Assembly (NCBI GenBank): GCA_038060895.1
Contig: JBBTCT010000017.1
Coordinates: 71,841-87,860, forward strand
Length of the DNA: 16,020 nucleotides
Reading direction: 5' to 3'
From: Planctomycetota bacterium
GTDB lineage: Bacteria > Planctomycetota > MHYJ01 > WSZJ01
The position numbers and the translations under genes are program-made. The notes beneath the pieces were generated by a model. The model was not told the origin of the DNA and ran no database searches. It saw only the letters and a program-made list of their open reading frames with translations. Below are positions 1 through 7,459 of the stretch, one piece after another. Every line of letters begins with the position of its first letter. The stretch's first letter is position 1.

Positions 1-88
1 GCGCTTCGTCGGCGGTTTCACCGGAACCGCTCGGCGCGGGCGCCCGGCCGTTCGGGCGGTCGCGCGCCACCCACCGCCGAAGGCCGCG

Positions 89-126
89 AAAAAAACGGAA
101 GGGGCCAGCCCCACGCTGGCCCCTTC
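89..126 (-). terminator. Rho-independent terminator of the LysM gene
   Basis: Perfect 12-bp stem GAAGGGGCCAGC (98-109) / GCTGGCCCCTTC (115-126) with a 5-nt loop. On the minus strand it is followed by CG and T7 (A-run 89-95), about 60 nt downstream of the stop at 189. Confidence 0.9.
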
Positions 127-188
127 TCAGGTTCCTGGAGGCATCCCTCTCCGAATGGCCCCAGGTTCGACAGGTCTCTTGGAAGCGA

Positions 189-941
189 TTACGGAATCAG
201 CAGATCCATGCCCTCGTAGAGCGAATCCGGGTTCTGGAGCTTGTCCTTGTTGGCCGTGAAGATCGCGCGCCACTTGTTCGCGTCGCCGAGCTGCGACTTC
301 GCGATCGAACTCAGCGTGTCCCCCGCCTTGACCTTGTAGGTCTTCTTCGCGGCGTCGTTCCTGGGCGGGTCGTTTCTCACGACCGGCGGATCGGCCGGCG
401 GCGCCTGCGCCACGTCGTTCACCACCGCGGGAGCATCTGCAATGACGGGGATATTCAGCGCCGTGCCGACGCGAAGCAAGTCGTCGGGGCTGGACATCTT
501 GTCCTTGTTCGCCTCGAAGATCTTCTGCCAGTACTTTTCTTTGCCGTAGACTTTCAGCGAGATCTTTGCGAGCGAGTCGCCGGGCTCGACTTTGTAGGAC
601 TTCGATGCGGCGGCCGGCGGGCGGACGACGGGCGGAGGATCCTGCTGGGAGGTCGTGTCGATGACGGGAGGCGTGCGGCTGCCACCGTCGGCGGCCTCGA
701 TGCGGATGCCGCCACTCCCTGTTCCCGGGTCGGGCATGTGCATGCGGTCGCCGTTGTCGGGGTCGTCGATCGGACGGAGGTTGGTGTCGTCGGCGACTGG
801 TGCGCCGCCCTCGATGGCGCCGTTGTTGGCGCCTGCTGCGGGCATGCTCTTCTTGCGGTCGCCGTTTTTCGACCAGACGAGAAGCGAAACGATGCCCGAC
901 ATGAGGAGGGCGATGATGAGAAGCTTGCCCTTGGTACCCAT
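189..941 (-). CDS. Membrane-anchored protein with two LysM peptidoglycan-binding domains
   Basis: N-terminal hydrophobic anchor (KGK-LLIIALLMSGIVSLLVW), a Pro/Asp-rich linker, and two LysM repeats: YKVEPGDSLAKIS...W..IFEAN...LNIP and YKVKAGDTLSSIA...W..IFTAN...LLIP. GGAG Shine-Dalgarno upstream. Confidence 0.93.
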   Translation of the reverse strand: MGTKGKLLIIALLMSGIVSLLVWSKNGDRKKSMPAAGANNGAIEGGAPVADDTNLRPIDDPDNGDRMHMPDPGTGSGGIRIEAADGGSRTPPVIDTTSQQDPPPVVRPPAAASKSYKVEPGDSLAKISLKVYGKEKYWQKIFEANKDKMSSPDDLLRVGTALNIPVIADAPAVVNDVAQAPPADPPVVRNDPPRNDAAKKTYKVKAGDTLSSIAKSQLGDANKWRAIFTANKDKLQNPDSLYEGMDLLIP

Positions 942-984
942 CGTGGGGACTCCGAAGTTGGAGAGGCGGAAGCGCGTCTTCTTT

Positions 985-1007
985 ATACTTTACAAATTAT
1001 AAAGTAT
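985..1007. promoter_or_regulatory. Palindromic operator-like site overlapping the -10 box
   Basis: ATACTTTA-caaatta-TAAAGTAT: a perfect 8-bp inverted repeat with a 7-bp spacer, forming an AT-rich island in high-GC DNA. Confidence 0.7.
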
Positions 1008-1023
1008 GAATCGCCGATGTCAA
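996..1023 (-). promoter_or_regulatory. Consensus sigma70 promoter for the LysM gene
   Basis: Minus strand reads TTGACA (1023-1018), N16, TATAAT (1001-996), about 55 nt upstream of the ATG at 941. Confidence 0.85.
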
Positions 1024-1222
1024 GTCGCCGGCCTCGATTTCGACGCGATCTATCCTGCCCCCTTGACTGTCACAACTCGCTGAGGCTACACGACTTGCGC
1101 CTGAGTCGAGTCCGTCTTCAGGACTCCCGCTCCCAATTCTGCTTTTTTTCTGGCCACGGCCGATAGCCACCGGCGACTCGCCGACTTCAAGCCAACACAT
1201 CGCTTTGGACGATGTTGACGAC

Positions 1223-2095
1223 GTGACACTTCAGCAATTCCTCCTCGCCTCCCTCGCCGCTCTGCTCGCAACGTGGCTCTGGCTCCGCAGTCGCCGCTGC
1301 TGCGGCCGCCCCGACTCCTGCCCGCGCCTCGAGAAGAACTCCGCTTTTCTGAACCGCTGTCTCGAAACCCCCTCCTGCGCCCGCGCCTGCCACCACGCCC
1401 TTCCGACCCTCGCCATGCGCCTCGTGCGCGAAGGCGCCGTCGGCCATGCCCTGGCCTGCGCCGGCCGGGCGGCCAATGACGGTTGCCCTGGCGCCTGGCT
1501 CGTCCTCGGCCGCATGCACGACGAAATGGGCAACAGCCGCCTCGCCCGCGAGATGTACCGCCGCGAACTTGCGCTCGACGAGAACGCCCTTGCCGCATGG
1601 CTCGCCCTTGGCGACCACTTTGCAAGGGCCGGCGACTACAACGAGGCCCTCCACCACTTCCGCCGCGCGGCCGAAGCGGACTCCTCCTTCGCCGAATCCT
1701 GGTGCTCGCTCGGCCGCTGTTACGCCGCGCTCGAACATTGGCAGGACGCCCGCGTCTGCTACGAACTCGCCCTCCGCCGCGAACCCGACCACCTCCCCAC
1801 CCTCCACGCCCTCGGGCTCGTCCTCGTCGGCGCCGGGGATTTCAAGGGAGCGCTCCGGATCTTCCAGGAAATCCTGGACATCGCCGGCCCCAGCGGAGCG
1901 CTTCTCGCACGCCTGGGGCGTCTGGCGCGCGAAGCGGGGGACTTCAGGCGCGCGGTTGTCTACCTCAAGGACGCGATGAAGCTGAGCGGGCTGCCCGACG
2001 TGAAGAAGGACATGGCGGAGGTCTATGCCGCGATGGGGCAGGTCGAGATCGCCGAGTTTTACCGGCAGGAGTATGAGAGGGAATACGTGATCTAG
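1223..2095 (+). CDS. Tetratricopeptide repeat (TPR) protein with N-terminal membrane anchor
   Basis: Consecutive TPR-like units (AWLVLGRMH..., AWLALGDHF...GDYNEALHHFRRA, SWCSLGRCY...YELALRREP, TLHALGLVL...). Hydrophobic N-terminus FLLASLAALLATWLWL. The start is uncertain: GTG 1223 chosen, TTG 1205 possible. Confidence 0.88.
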   Translation: MTLQQFLLASLAALLATWLWLRSRRCCGRPDSCPRLEKNSAFLNRCLETPSCARACHHALPTLAMRLVREGAVGHALACAGRAANDGCPGAWLVLGRMHDEMGNSRLAREMYRRELALDENALAAWLALGDHFARAGDYNEALHHFRRAAEADSSFAESWCSLGRCYAALEHWQDARVCYELALRREPDHLPTLHALGLVLVGAGDFKGALRIFQEILDIAGPSGALLARLGRLAREAGDFRRAVVYLKDAMKLSGLPDVKKDMAEVYAAMGQVEIAEFYRQEYEREYVI

Positions 2096-2139
2096 CGCAG
2101 TGCGTCACTCCTGAAGCGGCGACGGATGCTCCGCCACGC

Positions 2140-2988
2140 CTACTTGCCGAAGATCTCCGCGACGAAATTCTCCCTCATGGTTCCCGTCACGGTCACGTCC
2201 ACATCGCCGACATCCGCCGTGTCCTTGACCCGGAACTTCATCGTCAACGCCCCGCCGACCTCCGCTTTCACGATCTTCCTTTCCTCCAGCGCGAACCAAA
2301 CGTAGCCCTGCTGGTTGGTTTCTACCGTCGGCATGTCCTTCCCCTCGCCGCGCATCGTGAAGTTCACCCAGAGCTTGGCGCACTTCAGCTTCCCCACCTT
2401 TTCCGTGTCCGCCCACTTCCCCTTTCCGGTCCCGCTCGCTTTCTTGGCGTCATATCCGCCGCGCGACCAGGCCGTCATCACTTTCGCCGCGTCGATCTCG
2501 TATTCCTTTCCCTGCGCCAGTGCGTCCTTCGGAAGGAGGAGGGGAAGCACATCCATCCACCCCTGCTCCGCGATTCCGTCTTCCGGCTTCTCGCCGTCGA
2601 TGTAAACCGCCTGCCCTTCCTTCGTCTTCATCACCGTCACCTTGCGCTGGTGGTGCGGAAACTGGGATTTCTTCTTCGACTTGCCGTCTTCCTCGAACTC
2701 CTCCTTCGTCGCAATTGCAAAGTCGCGCTTGCGGGTCGAGGCCTCCCCTTCCGCCTTCTCACAGTCCTGGTCGAATTGCCACTTCTTGAGCGACAGGAAA
2801 TCCTGCTTCCGCTTCCCGAAATCCGCCTTCGACTTTCCTTTCACCGACTCGTAGCGGATCTTGCCGTCAATTTTCTCTTCTTCCGTCACCACAAGCGTAT
2901 CCCCTGCCCTGTCCTCGACTTTCATCTCGACGGCGTCCCCGGCGCGGGCGATTGCGGAAGCGATCAGGACGAACGCGAAGGGGCGCAT
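2140..2988 (-). CDS. Secreted/periplasmic hypothetical protein, beta-strand rich
   Basis: The ATG at 2988 is preceded by GGAG and gives a signal peptide MRPFAFVLIASAIARA-G. Lys/Glu-rich, protein-like composition. The track's start at 3024 overlaps a promoter-like sequence. Confidence 0.82.
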   Translation of the reverse strand: MRPFAFVLIASAIARAGDAVEMKVEDRAGDTLVVTEEEKIDGKIRYESVKGKSKADFGKRKQDFLSLKKWQFDQDCEKAEGEASTRKRDFAIATKEEFEEDGKSKKKSQFPHHQRKVTVMKTKEGQAVYIDGEKPEDGIAEQGWMDVLPLLLPKDALAQGKEYEIDAAKVMTAWSRGGYDAKKASGTGKGKWADTEKVGKLKCAKLWVNFTMRGEGKDMPTVETNQQGYVWFALEERKIVKAEVGGALTMKFRVKDTADVGDVDVTVTGTMRENFVAEIFGK

Positions 2989-3015
2989 GGGAAGCTCCGG
3001 GAGTGAGTTGCAGGG

Positions 3016-3046
3016 AGTATACACCTCGAATCGCGGCGAGGTTTCA
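3016..3046 (-). promoter_or_regulatory. Putative promoter (ECF-like TGAAAC-N16-GTGTA, overlapping a TATACT -10)
   Basis: Minus strand reads gTGAAAC-ctcgccgcgattcgag-GTGTATACT, about 28 nt upstream of the ATG at 2988. Confidence 0.4.
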
Positions 3047-3066
3047 CGCCTCCTTTCAGGGCCGTC

Positions 3067-3095
3067 TTGACCGCATGTCCATGCCGGTAAATACT
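3067..3095 (+). promoter_or_regulatory. Putative sigma70 promoter of the RND operon
   Basis: TTGACC (3067-3072), N17, AATACT (3090-3095). The ATG at 3103 lies 7 nt after the -10 box. Confidence 0.5.
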
Positions 3096-3102
3096 CTGTT
3101 CC

Positions 3103-4230
3103 ATGCCCCAGCGCCGACCACTTTCAGAAGTTCCGGCGACGATCAAACGACGGTGGGCGAGGCTCGCGGCCATGGCCTGGATCGTGGCGGCAGCGGGTTG
3201 TGCGAAGCGCCCGGCGTCCGGCGCACCGGGAGCCGGGGGGCCGCGCAAAGCGCCACGCGTGACCATATTGGCAGTCGCGCGCGTGCCGTTGTCCTGGACG
3301 ATCCAGGCGGTCGGGACCGTCGAACCGCGCGATGAAATCACGGTTGCGGCAGGAATCGCCGGCGTCGCCGGCAAAGTGGCGTTCAACGAGGGCGACGACG
3401 TGACTCCCTTGACCGTCCTCGTCCAGATCGACGAGGAAAAATACACCCTTGAGAGGAATCGCGCGGAAGCTGATCTGAAACGCGCGCAGGCCGACCTGGA
3501 TCACGCGCTCGTCGTGTGGAACCAGCGCAAGCCCCTTCATGACCAGAAGTTCATTTCCGACGACGAGCTCGCGGACGCGAAGGCCGCACACGACCGCGCG
3601 GCGGCGGACAAGGGGCGGGCGGAAGCGACGCTCGCGATCGCGCAGAAGGTGCTTCGGGACTGTTCCGTGCGCCCGCCCATTTCGGGGCGGATCAATTCGA
3701 AGGGTGTTTCGACGGGCGAGTACGTCAAGGCGGAGACGGAGGTGGCGCGGATCGTGGACCTGTCGGAGCTGCGCGTGAGATTCGCGGTACCTGAGAGCGA
3801 GGCGGGGCGACTGGCGCAGGGGTTGAAAGTGACGTTCGAGGCCCGGGCGGCGCAAGGGACAAGAATGGAGGCGGAGGTCTTCTGGGTCAGCCAGATGGCG
3901 GACGAGAAGACGCGCACGGTGCAGTGCAAGGCGAGGCTGGTAGCGCCGCCGGCGGCGGTGAAACCCGGGATGTCGGGGACGGTGTCCGCCACGCTGGAGA
4001 ACCGCGCCGGCTGCCTGGTGATTCCAGCCGAATCGTTACTTCCCACGGAGCGCGGGTTCGTCGCGTTCGTCGTTGAAAACGGGAAGGCAAGAGAACGGAA
4101 AGTCAAGCCGGGGACGCAGACGCCGGACGGAAAGGTGGAAGCGCTGGACGGTTTGAAGGAGGGCGAGCTGGTGGTGGTCCGCGGCGCGGGCGCTCTTCGC
4201 GACGGACAGGACGTGGAGGTCGTGAAATGA
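3103..4230 (+). CDS. RND efflux periplasmic adaptor (membrane fusion protein), probable lipoprotein
   Basis: Lipobox-like AAGC; lipoyl halves (GVAGKVAFNEGDDV...LVQID and VRPPISGRI...GEYV); alpha-hairpin; VKPGM; IP...GFVAFVV...V..G...GLKEGELVVVRG. ATGA overlap with the permease. Confidence 0.96.
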   Translation: MPQRRPLSEVPATIKRRWARLAAMAWIVAAAGCAKRPASGAPGAGGPRKAPRVTILAVARVPLSWTIQAVGTVEPRDEITVAAGIAGVAGKVAFNEGDDVTPLTVLVQIDEEKYTLERNRAEADLKRAQADLDHALVVWNQRKPLHDQKFISDDELADAKAAHDRAAADKGRAEATLAIAQKVLRDCSVRPPISGRINSKGVSTGEYVKAETEVARIVDLSELRVRFAVPESEAGRLAQGLKVTFEARAAQGTRMEAEVFWVSQMADEKTRTVQCKARLVAPPAAVKPGMSGTVSATLENRAGCLVIPAESLLPTERGFVAFVVENGKARERKVKPGTQTPDGKVEALDGLKEGELVVVRGAGALRDGQDVEVVK

Positions 4231-7200
4231 CGTTGTCCGACCTCTCGATCCGCAAGCCGGTCTTCGCGTGGATGCTGATGATCAGCTTTCTCGTGATCGG
4301 GAGCATCGCGTTCCAGCGGCTGGGGGTGTCCCAGATGCCGGATGTCGACTTCCCCACGGTGACGGTCAACCTGACGCTGGAGGGAGCGGCGCCCGAGATC
4401 ATGGAGAACGACGTCGTCGATGTCGTCGAGGACGCGATGATGTCGGTGCAGGGAATCCGCGAAATCGCCAGCGTCTCGCGGCAGGGCGCGGCGAACGTCA
4501 CCGTCGAGTTCGACCTGAGCCGGGACATCGACGCGGCCCTGCAGGACGTGCAGACAAAGATCGCACAGGCGCAGCGACGGCTTCCCAAGGACCTCGACCC
4601 GCCGGTCGTGACGAAGCAGAACCCCGAAGATCAGCCCATCATGTGGGTCGCTCTCTCGGGGCCGCGGCGTCCGCAGGAGCTGTCCGACCTCGTCCGCAAC
4701 CTGGTCAAGGACCAGATCCAGCTCGTGCCGGGTGTGGGCGAAGTCTCCATGGGCGGATTCCTCGAACGCAACGTCCGCATCTGGATCAATGCACGCCAGC
4801 TCGAAGTGTACGACCTCGCGATCGATGACGTCGTGAAGGCGCTTCAGCGGGAACACATCGAAGTGCCTGCGGGGCGGATCGAAACGGCGGCACGGGAGAT
4901 CAACGTCCGGTCCGAGGGAGAAGCGCTGAATCTGGAAGAGTTGCGGGACATCATCATCAAGGTTTCCGGAACTTCGCGCGTGAGACTGCGCGATGTCGCG
5001 CTCGTCGAGGACGGACTGGAGGACCGGCGGCGCATCGCGCGGACGAACGGTGAATCATCCCAGGGGATGGGGATCCGGAAGCAGCGCGGGGCGAACGCCG
5101 TGGCCGTGGCGCGGGGAGTGCGGGACAAACTGGTCGAGATCCGCAAGCAGCTTCCCGAGGGCATCGAGCTGACCGTCGTGTTCGATTCAACGCCGTACGT
5201 CGAGGAAAACATTCACGAGATCGAGCTCACGATGGTTCTGGCCGTGATTCTCACGGCGCTCGTCTGCTGGGTCTTTCTGGGGTCGTTCAGCTCAACCTTC
5301 AACGTCGTCCTCGCGATCCCGACCTCGATCGCCGGCACGTTTGCCGTGATGTACTTCATGGGCTTCACCCTCAACACATTCTCCCTGCTCGCCCTGTCGC
5401 TCTCGATCGGGATCGTCGTGGATGACGCAATCATGGTCCTCGAGAACATCTACCGGCACCGCGAGATGGGAAAGTCGCGGGTCCAGGCGGCCCTGGACGG
5501 CGCCGGCGAAATCTCGTTAGCGGCCATGGCCGCCACTGCCGCCATCGCCGCCGTCTTCCTGCCCATCGCTTTCGCAGACGGGATCGTCGGCAAATTCCTT
5601 TTCCAGTTCGGCGTCGTCCTCACCGTGTGCGTCGTGCTGTCGCTCGTGGAAGCGCTGACGATCGCGCCCGCGCGATGCTCGCAGTTCCTTGACACGACGA
5701 AACGCAGGACGCGCTTCGGGAGGTCGATTGAAGCCGGGCTGCGTGGCCTCGCCGGAGTCTACGGACGCGTCCTGGGACCGGCGGTTCGCTGGCGCTGGGC
5801 CGTCGTGGGCGCCTCGGTGGTCCTCTTCGCGGGTTCACTCTGGTTTGCCTTTCAGCTTCGGAAGGAGCTTGTTCCATCGCAGGACCAGTCCCGCTTCCTT
5901 GTCCGCCTGCAGACCGCTTCGGGCAGTTCCATCGACGCGACGGACCTCATTGCCCGTGAAGCGGAGAAGGTCGTGCGAGACTTGCCGGAGCTGGACCGCT
6001 ACTTCCTGGCCATCGGCGGATTCGGCGGCGGCGAGGTCAACACGGCCGTGCTCTTCGTGACGCTGAAACCGCGCAGCGAGCGGACCCGGACGATGCAGGA
6101 AATCATGGCGGCGTCTCGCGGAAAGCTGAATTCCATTCCCGGGCTGAAAGCCTCCATCCAGGACCTGTCGGTGCAGGGCTTCAGTGCGCAGCGGAGTTTT
6201 CCGCTGGAAGTCTCGCTTCGCGGCCCCAACCTCGAGAAACTGGCGGAGCTCTCCGCGACGCTGCAGGAGAGGATGAAAGCGACTGGGCTGGTCGTGGATC
6301 TGGACTCGGACCACCAGGTCGGGATGCCCGAGATCCGGATCGCGCCTAACCGGGACAAGGCGTCGGTGGCGGGAGTGTCCATGGCGACCGTCGGTCAGAG
6401 CGTCGGGGCGCTGATCGGCGGCGCCCGCATCGGCAAGTACAAGGACGGGAGCCGACGTTACGACGTGCGGCTTCGAATTCTCCGCGAGCAGAGGCTGCGG
6501 AAGGAAGACCTGGCGTCGATCCGTGTCCGGTCCGACAACGGCGAACTGGTGCCGCTCTCGGAAGTCGTGAGCGTCAGCGAGTCGCCCAGCCTCCTCGCGA
6601 TCAACCGCCGCGGCCGCGAGAGGTCAATCGGCGTCTTCGGGAATGTCGCCGCGGGAAAGTCGCAGGCCGACGCATTCGCCGAAATCGAGAGGATATGGCA
6701 GGAGATTCACCCGGAAAACTACCGCATGTTCTTCGCAGGCTCCGCGAGGACGACGAACGAAACCGTGTACTCCCTCATCCTGGTCCTGGCACTCGGCCTC
6801 TTCGTCGCCTACGTCGTCCTCGCCTCCCAGTTCAATTCGTTCGTGCACCCCATCACCGTGTTCTGGGCGCTTCCCTTCTCGGTTTCAGGTGCGCTCGCCG
6901 CGCTCTGGTGGGCCGACGTCTCGCTCAACCTCTACTCGGCCATCGGCATCATCCTCCTCATGGGCATCGCGAAGAAGAATTCCATCATCCTCGTCGACTA
7001 CACCAACCAGCTGCGGCAGCGCGGACTGGGCTGGCGAGAGGCAGTTCTCGAAGCGTGTCCCGTGCGCCTCCGGCCGATCCTCATGACCAGCCTCTCGACA
7101 ATCGCCGGCGCCGCTCCCGCCGCACTCAGCCTCGGCCCGGGCGCCGAACTCCGCCTGCCGATGGCCCTCTCGGTCATCGGCGGCATCGCCGTTTCCACCT

Positions 7201-7337
7201 TCTTTACGCTCTTTGTCGTCCCCGCTTTCTACGGAATCGTCGAGGACATCCGCGGCCTTTTCGCCCCGCACGACATCCCCGTCGATGCCGCGGCAGGCGC
7301 CCCGCCACCCATCCCCGCGCCCGCTTCGCCCGGGTAA
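4227..7337 (+). CDS. RND efflux permease (AcrB/AcrD/AcrF, HAE1 family)
   Basis: 1036 aa. N-terminal SIRKPVFA; TM4 GIVVDDAIMVLENI with the proton-relay DD; TM10 GIAKKNSIILVD; RLRPILMT. Confidence 0.97.
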   Translation: MTLSDLSIRKPVFAWMLMISFLVIGSIAFQRLGVSQMPDVDFPTVTVNLTLEGAAPEIMENDVVDVVEDAMMSVQGIREIASVSRQGAANVTVEFDLSRDIDAALQDVQTKIAQAQRRLPKDLDPPVVTKQNPEDQPIMWVALSGPRRPQELSDLVRNLVKDQIQLVPGVGEVSMGGFLERNVRIWINARQLEVYDLAIDDVVKALQREHIEVPAGRIETAAREINVRSEGEALNLEELRDIIIKVSGTSRVRLRDVALVEDGLEDRRRIARTNGESSQGMGIRKQRGANAVAVARGVRDKLVEIRKQLPEGIELTVVFDSTPYVEENIHEIELTMVLAVILTALVCWVFLGSFSSTFNVVLAIPTSIAGTFAVMYFMGFTLNTFSLLALSLSIGIVVDDAIMVLENIYRHREMGKSRVQAALDGAGEISLAAMAATAAIAAVFLPIAFADGIVGKFLFQFGVVLTVCVVLSLVEALTIAPARCSQFLDTTKRRTRFGRSIEAGLRGLAGVYGRVLGPAVRWRWAVVGASVVLFAGSLWFAFQLRKELVPSQDQSRFLVRLQTASGSSIDATDLIAREAEKVVRDLPELDRYFLAIGGFGGGEVNTAVLFVTLKPRSERTRTMQEIMAASRGKLNSIPGLKASIQDLSVQGFSAQRSFPLEVSLRGPNLEKLAELSATLQERMKATGLVVDLDSDHQVGMPEIRIAPNRDKASVAGVSMATVGQSVGALIGGARIGKYKDGSRRYDVRLRILREQRLRKEDLASIRVRSDNGELVPLSEVVSVSESPSLLAINRRGRERSIGVFGNVAAGKSQADAFAEIERIWQEIHPENYRMFFAGSARTTNETVYSLILVLALGLFVAYVVLASQFNSFVHPITVFWALPFSVSGALAALWWADVSLNLYSAIGIILLMGIAKKNSIILVDYTNQLRQRGLGWREAVLEACPVRLRPILMTSLSTIAGAAPAALSLGPGAELRLPMALSVIGGIAVSTFFTLFVVPAFYGIVEDIRGLFAPHDIPVDAAAGAPPPIPAPASPG

Positions 7338-7459
7338 GCCTGGGCCCGCGGGATTTTCGCGCGCCCTCTCACAGTTCTCCGCGTCCTCCGTACATTTCCC
7401 GGCCGCTGCGACCGCCCCCAACGGGCTGGCGCAAATCAATCCTCCCTCCGGAGAACCGA

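Noticed and set aside
155-180. GGTTCGA resembling a tRNA T-loop
   Set aside because: There is no pairing T-stem, cloverleaf or CCA end.
1023-1178. 9-bp inverted repeat AGTCGCCGG/CCGGCGACT as possible MITE ends
   Set aside because: It is short and GC-rich with no target-site duplication, so it is compatible with chance.
7369-7392. TCACA-N15-CGTA ECF-like promoter before the S41 gene
   Set aside because: Too degenerate to support from sequence alone.
6695-7459. 255-aa N-terminal extension of the S41 ORF (821 aa in the track)
   Set aside because: It is an Arg/Pro/His-rich off-frame read of the RND 3' end. The Shine-Dalgarno and signal peptide support the ATG at 7460.
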